Source of the DNA: Planctomycetota bacterium
Lineage (GTDB): Bacteria; Planctomycetota; UBA1135; UBA2386
DNA length: 64,000 nt
Assembly (NCBI GenBank): GCA_965228735.1
Contig: OZ245838.1
Coordinates: forward strand, 1,792,001-1,856,000
Direction of reading: 5' to 3'
The translations under genes and the position numbers were made by a program. The notes beneath the pieces are model-generated. The model saw only the letters and a list, made by a program, of their open reading frames with translations, was not told where the DNA came from and did no database searches. Shown here piece after piece: positions 43,275 to 54,690 of the stretch. The number at the start of each line of letters is the position of its first letter. Position 1 is the first letter of the stretch.

Positions 43275-45506
43275 CTACTGCAGACAGATGCGGAACCGCA
43301 TGCCCTGCGTCGCCGACAGCCCCATCGGCCCCGCGGGGTCGACCGGGATGATCTGCGAGAACAGGTAGAGGTTGTCGAAGAACGGATCGTTCGGCACCGC
43401 GAACGGGAACCCGATGTCACCGTTGCCGTCCGCGAAGCGCAGCTCGGTCACGGCCGGGCTGGCGACGAGCGCCGTGATGCCGAAGACCGGGTTGTTGTCC
43501 GGCGCGTAGTTCAGCAACAGGAACGTCGCCGCGTTCGCCGGCGCACCGCCGCCTTCGATCAACGGCGTGGCGCCGATGCACGCGGGCTGCGACAGGTCGA
43601 TCGTCGGAATGCCGCTGCCGCCCGCCGTGCCGGTGCCGTAGAGCTGCGGCGGCGACGAATCCGACGTCTGCGTCACGAGCACGTCGTCGATCGCCCAGCC
43701 GCCCGAGACGCCCGACCCGTTGGTCTGCAGCACGAAGCTGATCCGGAACTGCGACGCCGTGTTCGTGACCGGCGCGAGATCGATGTCGATGTCCTGCCAG
43801 CCGCCGTCGTTCTGCCCGACCACGTTCACGTAGACGATCGCGCCGTTGACCCGCACGGTCGCGATGTCACCCGGGTAGACCTCGAGCCAGCGGCGGAAGC
43901 GCAGACGCAGGTTCTGCAGGCCGTTCGTCGGGATGATCGGCGACAGCAGCGAGCAGCTCGCGTTGTTGGCATACGAACCGTTGGTCCCGTTGCCGAGGTC
44001 GTTCGCATACACGTTGTTGCCGGAGAACGCCGACGCGGGGTCCTGCCAGGACGTGCCGCCGGAGCTGCCGGCCTGGCCGCCCGGAGCGCCGCGCTCCCAG
44101 TCGTCGTTGAACCCGCTGTGGGTCCAGCCGAGGTCGCTCTCGAAGTCGTCGAAGAAGACCTCGTTGATCGTGCCGATGAGGAACGTGTGGGTGTCGACCT
44201 GCGGCGATCGCACGGTCCCGTACTGATCGTCGGCCTCGATGTAGTACTCGACCTCGGTGACCGCGTCCTGACCCGGGATCGACGCCCGGTACTCGTTCGG
44301 CTGCCCCGTCGGGTTCATCGGGGCCGCGATGAAGCTGCCCGAACCGACCACCCGCCACTGCAGCGTCACGCTGCCCAGCGGCTGGTTCGTGGTGACCACG
44401 GCGTCGACGTCGTACGGCCCGTCCTCGTTCGCCGTGTTGGTGAGCGGCGTGTGGCTCATCGCGAGCGTCGTCAGGTTGGGTTTGACGACGTAGAGCCCCG
44501 TCGTCCGGTCGGACACGAGGATGTTGCCCGACGGCAGGAACGGGTAGCAGCCCCACGCGCCGTTGAAGCCGCCCGAACTGCCGGGCCACGTGTCGTACGA
44601 CGCGACCTCGACCGGGTTGCTCGGGTCGCTGATGTCGAGGCACCGGTAGCCCTCGGTGTACCAGCTCACGTGGCACAGGTTGCCGATGATGAAGGCGTTG
44701 TGCGGGATCGAGCTCGGGTTCGGCGTGAACGTGCCGAGGCCGACCGGGTTGGTCTTGTTCGTGATGTCCCAGAACCGCACGACGCCGCCCGACACCTCGT
44801 CGGTCGTCACGCAGAGCGTGCCGGCCGCGTTGGGCCACGCGTTGTGCGTGAAGCTGCCCGGCGTGTTGGAGTCGCTCAGCGTCGTCGGCGGGAACGTCGA
44901 CACGTCGAAGATCCGCAGGTCGCCGTTGTAGATCATCGAGCCGTAGCCGTAGCCGTTCTCGACGCAGAGATCGTGGTAGTAGTTCGAGTTGCCCTGGCCG
45001 TACGCGAAGCCGAGGAACGGCGGATTCGTCGGGTTGGCCGCGAGGTCGTAGACCGGCGTGCCGGTGTTGCAGCCCGCGAGGTAGAGCCGGCCCGCGCCGA
45101 CATCGACGCAGACGTTGTGCGAGTTGTTCGAGTTGCCGGCGCCGACGACGCCGACCACGGACGGGTTGTTCGGCGTGACGAGGCTGAGGATCTGGAAGCC
45201 CTGACCGGCCTCGGTGCCGACGTAGGCGTACTGACCGTAGGTCCGGATGTCGCGCCACCCGGACGCCGCCCACGGGAAGAAGCCGCGTTCGACGGGCGCG
45301 GCGGGGTTGGTCACGTCGACGACGACCGTGCCCGTCGTCGTGCCGAGCAGCGCGTACTCGCTGCCGTTCGGCGCCGTGTAGCCCCAGACGTCGTTGTACG
45401 GGCCGTGGTTGTTGAACGTGCCGAGCAGCGTGCAGTTGACGCCCTGGGCGGTCAGGGGAGCGGCCGCGCAGACGGCGAGGAGGAGCAGCGAGCGGGGAAT
45501 GTGCAT
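43275..45506 (-). CDS. Secreted choice-of-anchor B / LVIVD-repeat protein with extra C-terminal domains
   Basis: Signal peptide, YNDVWGY..EYALLG, WRDIRTY, HNAW, TTDE, GAWGCYPFLPSGNILVSD, then an FFDDFES...WAIDDV jelly-roll domain. Confidence 0.85.
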   Translation of the reverse strand: MHIPRSLLLLAVCAAAPLTAQGVNCTLLGTFNNHGPYNDVWGYTAPNGSEYALLGTTTGTVVVDVTNPAAPVERGFFPWAASGWRDIRTYGQYAYVGTEAGQGFQILSLVTPNNPSVVGVVGAGNSNNSHNVCVDVGAGRLYLAGCNTGTPVYDLAANPTNPPFLGFAYGQGNSNYYHDLCVENGYGYGSMIYNGDLRIFDVSTFPPTTLSDSNTPGSFTHNAWPNAAGTLCVTTDEVSGGVVRFWDITNKTNPVGLGTFTPNPSSIPHNAFIIGNLCHVSWYTEGYRCLDISDPSNPVEVASYDTWPGSSGGFNGAWGCYPFLPSGNILVSDRTTGLYVVKPNLTTLAMSHTPLTNTANEDGPYDVDAVVTTNQPLGSVTLQWRVVGSGSFIAAPMNPTGQPNEYRASIPGQDAVTEVEYYIEADDQYGTVRSPQVDTHTFLIGTINEVFFDDFESDLGWTHSGFNDDWERGAPGGQAGSSGGTSWQDPASAFSGNNVYANDLGNGTNGSYANNASCSLLSPIIPTNGLQNLRLRFRRWLEVYPGDIATVRVNGAIVYVNVVGQNDGGWQDIDIDLAPVTNTASQFRISFVLQTNGSGVSGGWAIDDVLVTQTSDSSPPQLYGTGTAGGSGIPTIDLSQPACIGATPLIEGGGAPANAATFLLLNYAPDNNPVFGITALVASPAVTELRFADGNGDIGFPFAVPNDPFFDNLYLFSQIIPVDPAGPMGLSATQGMRFRICLQ

Positions 45507-45554
45507 GGTGTCAGAGGCAGGGGCCGCGGAGGCAGCCGAGCCGGGGGCCGGCAG

Positions 45555-45583
45555 AGTCTATGGGACGGCTCCGAACCCGCCAA
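45555..45583 (-). promoter_or_regulatory. Putative sigma-70 promoter
   Basis: TTGGCG-N17-TAGACT on the minus strand. Confidence 0.55.
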
Positions 45584-45622
45584 GGCACCCTGCCCGGGCG
45601 CCCGGATCCGCCCGACCACCGG

Positions 45623-45662
45623 CCAAAACCGCGAACGGCACGCCGCATGGCGTGCCGTTCGC
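45623..45662 (-). terminator. Intrinsic terminator between the choice-of-anchor B paralogues
   Basis: Perfect 14-bp stem GCGAACGGCACGCC-gcat-GGCGTGCCGTTCGC followed by GGTTTTGG on the minus strand. Confidence 0.7.
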
Positions 45663-45695
45663 TCGGACCGCGGCCCGTTCGTGGCGTCCTGTTTG

Positions 45696-47609
45696 CTAGA
45701 CGTCGATCTGCGCTTCGCCCGCGTCCGACACGACGATGCCGATCGAGTTCACCGCATCGACGATCGCCCATTGGTGGTAGAGGGCAAGCCCCGCGAGCGC
45801 CGGGTTGGCCGGCACGTTGAACGTCGAGCTCGCCTCGCCCGCGCCGTTGGTGAAGATCAGCTGGGTCGCCTGCGGCGCCGCGTGGATGTCGCAACCCGGC
45901 GCGCCCGTGATCGCCGCGGGCAGCGGCTGACCGTTGAAGACGGTGTTCGACAGGCCGGTGACGATGAATGCGGGCGCACTCGGCGCCGCATCCGCGAGCG
46001 TCACGTCGTAGGACGAACCGACCGACGGCACGCCGTTGTTGCCGAGCACGGGCGTGAGGAACTGCTGGCTGCCGCCGACGCAGTAGATGTTGTAGCTCGG
46101 CGTGTTCGCCAGGCCCGACTGCGACCAGCTGCCCGACACCGCGGTGCGATAGTAGCCCGTGCCCCCGGTGCCGCTCGTCAGGTTCGAGATCACGCCGCCC
46201 GGCGAGTTCTCGTAGCCGACGAAGAACCGGCCCGTGACGCTGACCGGCGGGTTGAACGTGGCCTTGTAGAAGCCCGGCGCCGAGCCGACGGTGATCGTCG
46301 TCGAGGCCAGCGGCGTCGTCGAGGGCAGGCTGCCGGCCGGCAGGTAGATGTGCGCCGGACGCGTGATCGTGCCCGAGTTCGACGCGGTGTAGATGTCGAC
46401 GCTCTCGACGAGCAGCGTCCCCGCGTTGTTGACCTCGTAGCTGTACTCGTACTGGTTGGTGTTGTTCGACAGCGTGCCGCCGTTGCCGTTGAGCGACGCG
46501 CAGGCCACCGGGACCGACGCCGAGCCCTGGCAGCCGGCTCCGTACTTGCTGAACGACGCCGCGGTCGGCTTCACGATGAAGAGGCCGGACGAACGGTCCG
46601 ACACGAGGATGTTGCCCGACGGCAGGAACGGGTAGCAGCCCCAGCAGCCGTCATAGCCGCTCGTCGAGCCCGGGTAGGTGTCGTACGACGCGACCTCGAC
46701 CGGGTTGTTCGGGTCGCTGATGTCGATGCAGCGATAACCCTCGGAGTACCAGGCGACGTGGCACTTGTCACCGACGATGAACGCGTTGTGCGGGATCGTG
46801 ATCGAGTTCGGCGTGAACGTGCCGAGGCCGATCGGGTTGCTCTTGTTGGTGATGTCCCAGAACTTGACGACCGCGCCCGAGACCTCGTCGGTCGTGACGC
46901 AGATCGTGCCGGCCGCGTTCGGCCACGCGTTGTGCGTGAACGTGTCCGGCGTCGCCCGGCTGCTGAGCCCCGCGGACGGCCACGGCAGCGGCGCGTTGGC
47001 ATCGAAGATGCGCAGCACGCCGTTGTAGATCATCGAGCCGTAGGCGTAGCCGTTCTCCACGCACATGTCGTGGAAGTAGTTGCTGTTGCCACCGGGCCGC
47101 GCGAACCCGAGGAACGTCGGGTTCGCCGGGTTGGTGTTGAGGTCGTAGACCGGCGTGCCGGTGTTGCAGCCGACGAGGTAGAGGCGACCCGCGCCGAGGT
47201 CGACGCACGCGTTGTGCGCGTTGCCCGAGTTGGCCTGGCCGAACACCCCGACCGCAGTGGGACTCGCGGGGTTGCTCAGGTCGAGGATCTGGAAGCCGGC
47301 CGTCTGCTCCGTCGTGATGTAGGCGTAGTTGCCGTAGACGCGCGCGTCGCGCCACGTGCCGCCGCCGTAGGTGAAGAAGCCGGTCTCGACCGGCGTTGCC
47401 GGGTTGGTGACGTCGACGACGACCGTGCCCGTGGTCGTGCACAGCAGCGCGTACTCGTCGCCGTTCGGCGCCACGTAGCCCCAGATGTCGTTGAACGGGC
47501 CGTGATTGGCGAACGTCCCGAGCAGAGCGCAGTTGGTGCCTTGGGCGAGGAGCGGCGTAGCCGCGAGGGTGGCGGCAGCGAGAAGGAGGGTCGGGCGGAG
47601 GATACGCAT
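45696..47609 (-). CDS. Secreted choice-of-anchor B / LVIVD-repeat protein (paralogue)
   Basis: Signal peptide MRILRPTLLLAAA, FNDIWGY..EYALL, HNAW, WGCYPFLPSGNILVSD. Confidence 0.85.
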   Translation of the reverse strand: MRILRPTLLLAAATLAATPLLAQGTNCALLGTFANHGPFNDIWGYVAPNGDEYALLCTTTGTVVVDVTNPATPVETGFFTYGGGTWRDARVYGNYAYITTEQTAGFQILDLSNPASPTAVGVFGQANSGNAHNACVDLGAGRLYLVGCNTGTPVYDLNTNPANPTFLGFARPGGNSNYFHDMCVENGYAYGSMIYNGVLRIFDANAPLPWPSAGLSSRATPDTFTHNAWPNAAGTICVTTDEVSGAVVKFWDITNKSNPIGLGTFTPNSITIPHNAFIVGDKCHVAWYSEGYRCIDISDPNNPVEVASYDTYPGSTSGYDGCWGCYPFLPSGNILVSDRSSGLFIVKPTAASFSKYGAGCQGSASVPVACASLNGNGGTLSNNTNQYEYSYEVNNAGTLLVESVDIYTASNSGTITRPAHIYLPAGSLPSTTPLASTTITVGSAPGFYKATFNPPVSVTGRFFVGYENSPGGVISNLTSGTGGTGYYRTAVSGSWSQSGLANTPSYNIYCVGGSQQFLTPVLGNNGVPSVGSSYDVTLADAAPSAPAFIVTGLSNTVFNGQPLPAAITGAPGCDIHAAPQATQLIFTNGAGEASSTFNVPANPALAGLALYHQWAIVDAVNSIGIVVSDAGEAQIDV

Positions 47610-47665
47610 AGAGGGAGCTCTCGGTCCGGACGGACCGGGGGGGGGATGCTGAGCAGGCGCGGTCA

Positions 47666-47694
47666 AGTGTAGATGCGGCCGGGCAATTCGCCAA
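47666..47694 (-). promoter_or_regulatory. Putative sigma-70 promoter
   Basis: TTGGCG-N17-TACACT on the minus strand. Confidence 0.55.
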
Positions 47695-47858
47695 GGCAGG
47701 CCGCCACCATCATGACCGTGACGTCCTTGGGACGGACGCTTCGCGACCGCGCCGGGCCGTATTGCCGCTGCGGAACGCGGCGCGGTCCGGCCCGAACGCC
47801 ACGCCCGCCCGCACGCGCCGACTGCACGCGCCAATCGAACGGGCCGACCGACCGTGGC

Positions 47859-49172
47859 TCAGGGCGACAACAACCCGGCCACCAGCTCGAGAGTGCGCTG
47901 CGTCGCGCCCTGATTGCGCCGAATCACGGCCTGCGCGTTCTCGCCGAGCTCGGCGCGCCGAGCCGGCGCCGCGCAGAGGTCCCCGAGCACCGTCGCGAGT
48001 TCGTCGCGGTCGCCGACCTGGATCGCGGCGTCGCCCGCGAGCAGCTCCTCGACGTCGCGCCGAAAGTTCGTCGTGTGCGGACCGAACACCGTCGCGACCG
48101 AGAGCGCCGCCGGCTCGAGCATGTTCTGGCCGCCGTGCGGAATCAGGCTGCCACCGACGAACGCGACATCGGCCACCGCATAGAAGCCTTGCAGCTGCCC
48201 GATCATGTCGACGACCACGACCGCGTCGTCCGCGACCGGCGGCAGCTCCTGCATCGCGCTCCAACGCGCGACCGGCGTGCCCGCCGCCGCGAGCTGATCG
48301 CAGACCGCCGGCGAACGCTCGGGATGCCGCGGCACGAGCACGACCCGCAGCCGCCGGCCGCTCGCCCGGCTCGCGGCCGCCGCCGCCTCGAGCACCCAGA
48401 GTTCTTCGTCGGCGTGCGTCGAGCCCGCGACGAGCACGAGCTCGTCGGTCGGCGCCAGCCACCGGCGCAGGGGTGACGACGCCTCCGCGGGCTCCCCCAT
48501 CACCACGCTGTCGTACTTCATGTTGCCCGTGACGTGCACGCGGCCCGGGTCGACGCCGAGGTCGACGAGCCGGCGCTGGTACGACTTGTCCTGCACGCAG
48601 TAGGTCGCGATCAGATCGAGCTGCGGCAGCAGTCCGCGCGCGAGCCGGTAGCCCTTGAACGTGCGCTCGCTGATGCGGCCGTTGATGACCGCGACGGGCA
48701 CGCCGCGGCGATGCGCGCCCTGCAGGAAGTTGGGCCAGATCTCGAGTTCCATGAGCAGCACGCAGCGCGGCCGGATGCGCCGCAGCGCGCGGCCGGGGAA
48801 CGGGCCGAGGTCGACCGGATAGAACACGACCGGCAGGTCCGGATGCTCCTGCCGCGCGACCTGGTGACCGTTCGGCGTCGTCGACGAGATCACGAGCTGC
48901 AGGTCGGGTCGGCGTTCGCGCAGCAGCGTGATGAAGTTGCGCGCCGCCTTGACCTCCCCGACGGACACGCCGTGGATCCAGACGATATCGCCGCTCCGCG
49001 AGTCGAACCGCGGCGCGCCCCCCATCCGTTCGCGCAGCGCGGTGCGGTAGCGATGATCCCAGAGCAGTCGCCAGACGAGGATGGGGCTGTACACGAGCAG
49101 CCCCAGGAACAGCAGCGGCTGGTAGATCCCCATGGTCAACCAGCCGCGCAGCGCGGGCATCTTCGTGATCAA
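47859..49172 (-). CDS. waaA: 3-deoxy-D-manno-octulosonic acid (Kdo) transferase
   Basis: WIHGVSVGE, ELEIWPN, NGRIS, GNMKYD, AGSTH, VPRHPER, GGQNMLEPA. Start uncertain. Confidence 0.93.
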   Translation of the reverse strand: MITKMPALRGWLTMGIYQPLLFLGLLVYSPILVWRLLWDHRYRTALRERMGGAPRFDSRSGDIVWIHGVSVGEVKAARNFITLLRERRPDLQLVISSTTPNGHQVARQEHPDLPVVFYPVDLGPFPGRALRRIRPRCVLLMELEIWPNFLQGAHRRGVPVAVINGRISERTFKGYRLARGLLPQLDLIATYCVQDKSYQRRLVDLGVDPGRVHVTGNMKYDSVVMGEPAEASSPLRRWLAPTDELVLVAGSTHADEELWVLEAAAAASRASGRRLRVVLVPRHPERSPAVCDQLAAAGTPVARWSAMQELPPVADDAVVVVDMIGQLQGFYAVADVAFVGGSLIPHGGQNMLEPAALSVATVFGPHTTNFRRDVEELLAGDAAIQVGDRDELATVLGDLCAAPARRAELGENAQAVIRRNQGATQRTLELVAGLLSP

Positions 49173-49224
49173 CGGAAACGTCGGGCTCGGGCGGCGCGCG
49201 GCCGCCAGCTGGCTGTTCTCACAC

Positions 49225-52254
<3,030 letters not shown>

Positions 52255-52458
52255 GACAGTTGTGGAATCGAATGTGGAATGCGGGAAGGAGCACGGCGGA
52301 GACGGGTGCAAGGACCCGCGTGCAAGCCGCCGAACGGGACGCACGACCGCGTGCATCCCGGGATGACTCGAACTCGATCGACCGCCGCACCGCTCGCAGC
52401 CGGCGAACGGGCACCTGCACCGAGGCGGGCAGAGCGAGCTGGCGGTCGGCCGAGCGAA

Positions 52459-52749
52459 TCAGGCGCGCGTCGGGGCGCGCGGCGCGGGCAGGCCGTGATC
52501 GCGCACGGAGCGCTGTACGGGCAGCGGTCGCACCGCCTCGACGATCGCGCGGAACGCGGGCCGTTCGGTGCCGGCGACCTCGTCGGCCTCGTTGCGCTGC
52601 TGGCGCGTGGTGCGCGCCTCGCGCAGCACCGCCGCGACGACCTCGGGCGAACCGTCGCCGCCACTCCGCGACTGGACCGCGGGCGCCGTGGCGAACAGCA
52701 CGAGCAGCAACGCCGGCGCGAACCAGGCCATACCGCTGCGCCCGATCAC
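52459..52749 (-). CDS. Small exported uORF of secA; candidate SecM-like translation-arrest peptide
   Basis: 96 aa, GTGA overlap with the upstream stop, signal-like AWFAPALLLVLFATAPA, C-terminus GLPAPRAPTRA. Confidence 0.62.
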   Translation of the reverse strand: MIGRSGMAWFAPALLLVLFATAPAVQSRSGGDGSPEVVAAVLREARTTRQQRNEADEVAGTERPAFRAIVEAVRPLPVQRSVRDHGLPAPRAPTRA

Positions 52750-53666
52750 CGGCGATCGTCCTCCGGCCGGGTGGACCTGGCCGACCGGGTCTCGGCCGAC
52801 CTGGCTTGGGCGCCGGTCCGGGCTGCTGGCGGGGTCTTCAACACGCGGTCCATCATCTCGTAGAGCAGCGCCTCGGGGAACGGCTTGGCCAGGAACCCAT
52901 CGGCTTTCTTGATGTCCGCCATGGAGACCCGCGCCGCGCTGTTGAGCAGGATCGGCACACCGGCCGTCGCGGGATCCGCGCGAAGGCGCGCAATCACCTG
53001 CAAACCATCGAGTTCTGGAAGTTCGTAGTCGAGCAGCACGAGATCGGGCAACAGCTCACCGGCGGCTCCGACCGCGGCAACGCCATCGTGCACCGTATAG
53101 GTCCGGTAGCCGCGCCGCGAAAGGAGCGCCTCGACCGCGTCGGCGAGATCCTCCTCGTCGTCGACGACGAGCACGAGCCCGCGGCACTTCGTGCCGTCCT
53201 TGCCATCGCCCGTCGGTTCGCAGTCGGCGACGAGCTGCCGCCGCACGACGGCACAGGTATCGAGCCCGGCGTTCTCGAAGTCGGTCTCGATCGTGCCCTT
53301 GAGCTCACGGTTGAATTTCCGCAGCGCCATCCAGGCGTCGTAGTCCGGGAAATCCGGCTTGATCTCCATCTGATCGTGCGAATCGACCGCGAAGAAGAAC
53401 TCGCCGACCACGAGGTGCTCCTGCAGGAGCAGCTTCATGAACGGGTAGTTGCGGTTGCCGAGACGCAGCGAGTAGCGCTGGCACGGGAAGCCCGGCACCG
53501 TCTCGACGCTCTCCTTGTGGAACATCGCGAGCAGCTCGTCGGTGTCCGTCGTGGACGGCACCTCGACCTTCTTCCGCTTGCCGCGGCCGCCGGCGCCGTA
53601 GGCCCGGTCCTGGTAGATCTCGATCGCGCGTTCGAGCAGTGCCGCCGTCAGCGCTTCGAGTCTCAT
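52746..53666 (-). CDS. Response regulator: unknown N-terminal domain plus C-terminal REC
   Basis: VLVVDDE, LLDYELPELDG, FLAKPF. ATGA overlap with pyrD. Confidence 0.85.
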   Translation of the reverse strand: MRLEALTAALLERAIEIYQDRAYGAGGRGKRKKVEVPSTTDTDELLAMFHKESVETVPGFPCQRYSLRLGNRNYPFMKLLLQEHLVVGEFFFAVDSHDQMEIKPDFPDYDAWMALRKFNRELKGTIETDFENAGLDTCAVVRRQLVADCEPTGDGKDGTKCRGLVLVVDDEEDLADAVEALLSRRGYRTYTVHDGVAAVGAAGELLPDLVLLDYELPELDGLQVIARLRADPATAGVPILLNSAARVSMADIKKADGFLAKPFPEALLYEMMDRVLKTPPAARTGAQARSAETRSARSTRPEDDRR

Positions 53667-54658
53667 CGGGCCCCCTCCGCTCGAAGTCGATCGCTCGCCG
53701 TGGCACCGGAAGCCTGGCGGACCGCGCGCTGGCGCGCGTGCCGCGCGTCGTCGGGGAGCGCACTGCCGACGAGGTCGGCCGCGGTCCGCCCGAGCTCGCC
53801 GAGGCGCTGCTCGAGCTCATCGACGAGCCGCACCATGAGGGCCGGATCGGCGAACTGCGCGGTGCCGACCTGCACCGCGGCTGCTCCGGCACACAAGAAC
53901 TCGAGCACGTCGCTGCTGGTCTGGATGCCGCCGACTCCGATGACGGGGATCTGCACGTTCTTGCAGACCTCATAGACCATGCGGACGGCGACCGGGCGAA
54001 TTGCCGGACCGGAAAGTCCGCCGATACCGCGCCCGAGGATCGGCCGCTGCTGCCGCCAGTCGATCGCCATGCCGATCAGCGTGTTGATCGCCGTGAGGCC
54101 GTCGGCGCCGCCCGCCTCGGCCGCCTTCGCGATCTCGACGATGTCGGTCACGTTCGGCGACAGCTTGGCGAAGACCGGCACCTCGGTCACCTGCTTGACG
54201 GCCGCGACCGCGCGCTCGCACGAGCTCGGGTCGGTCGAGAACAGCAGCCGCCCCTCCTGCACGTTGGGACACGACAGGTTGACCTCGAGCGCGTCGACGC
54301 CGGCCGCCGTGAAGCGCTCCGCGAGCTCGACGAACTCGGCGATCGACTCGCCCCCGATGTTGACGATCAGCGCGCCGTGCTCGCCGACGAGCTCGCGCAT
54401 CTTCGGCAGCGATTCGGGGATGAAGTGGTCGACGCCTTTGTTCTCGAGGCCGATCGAGTTGAGCATCCCGGCCGGCGTCTCCTGGATCCGCGGCGGCGGG
54501 TTGCCGGGCCGCGGCTTGACCGTGACCGTCTTGCTCACGAGGCCGCCGACCTTGGACAGATCGGAGAACGCGCGGCCCTCCCACCCCGAACCGAAGGTTC
54601 CCGAAGCACTGAGGACCGGGTTGGTCAGCGTCAGCGGTCCGAGTCGGGTCTGCAGCAC
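53663..54658 (-). CDS. pyrD: Dihydroorotate dehydrogenase family 1 catalytic subunit
   Basis: ASGTFG, GNPPPR, LNSIGLEN, NLSCPN, KLSPN, INT, GGLSG, IGVGGI. Confidence 0.95.
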   Translation of the reverse strand: MLQTRLGPLTLTNPVLSASGTFGSGWEGRAFSDLSKVGGLVSKTVTVKPRPGNPPPRIQETPAGMLNSIGLENKGVDHFIPESLPKMRELVGEHGALIVNIGGESIAEFVELAERFTAAGVDALEVNLSCPNVQEGRLLFSTDPSSCERAVAAVKQVTEVPVFAKLSPNVTDIVEIAKAAEAGGADGLTAINTLIGMAIDWRQQRPILGRGIGGLSGPAIRPVAVRMVYEVCKNVQIPVIGVGGIQTSSDVLEFLCAGAAAVQVGTAQFADPALMVRLVDELEQRLGELGRTAADLVGSALPDDARHARQRAVRQASGATASDRLRAEGAR

Positions 54659-54690
54659 GATGATTGGAGTTTACTGCCTCAGCGCGGCGG

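Noticed and set aside
44118..47672. 1184-aa plus-strand ORF
   Set aside because: Antisense shadow of the two choice-of-anchor B genes. It reads through a terminator and promoter region.
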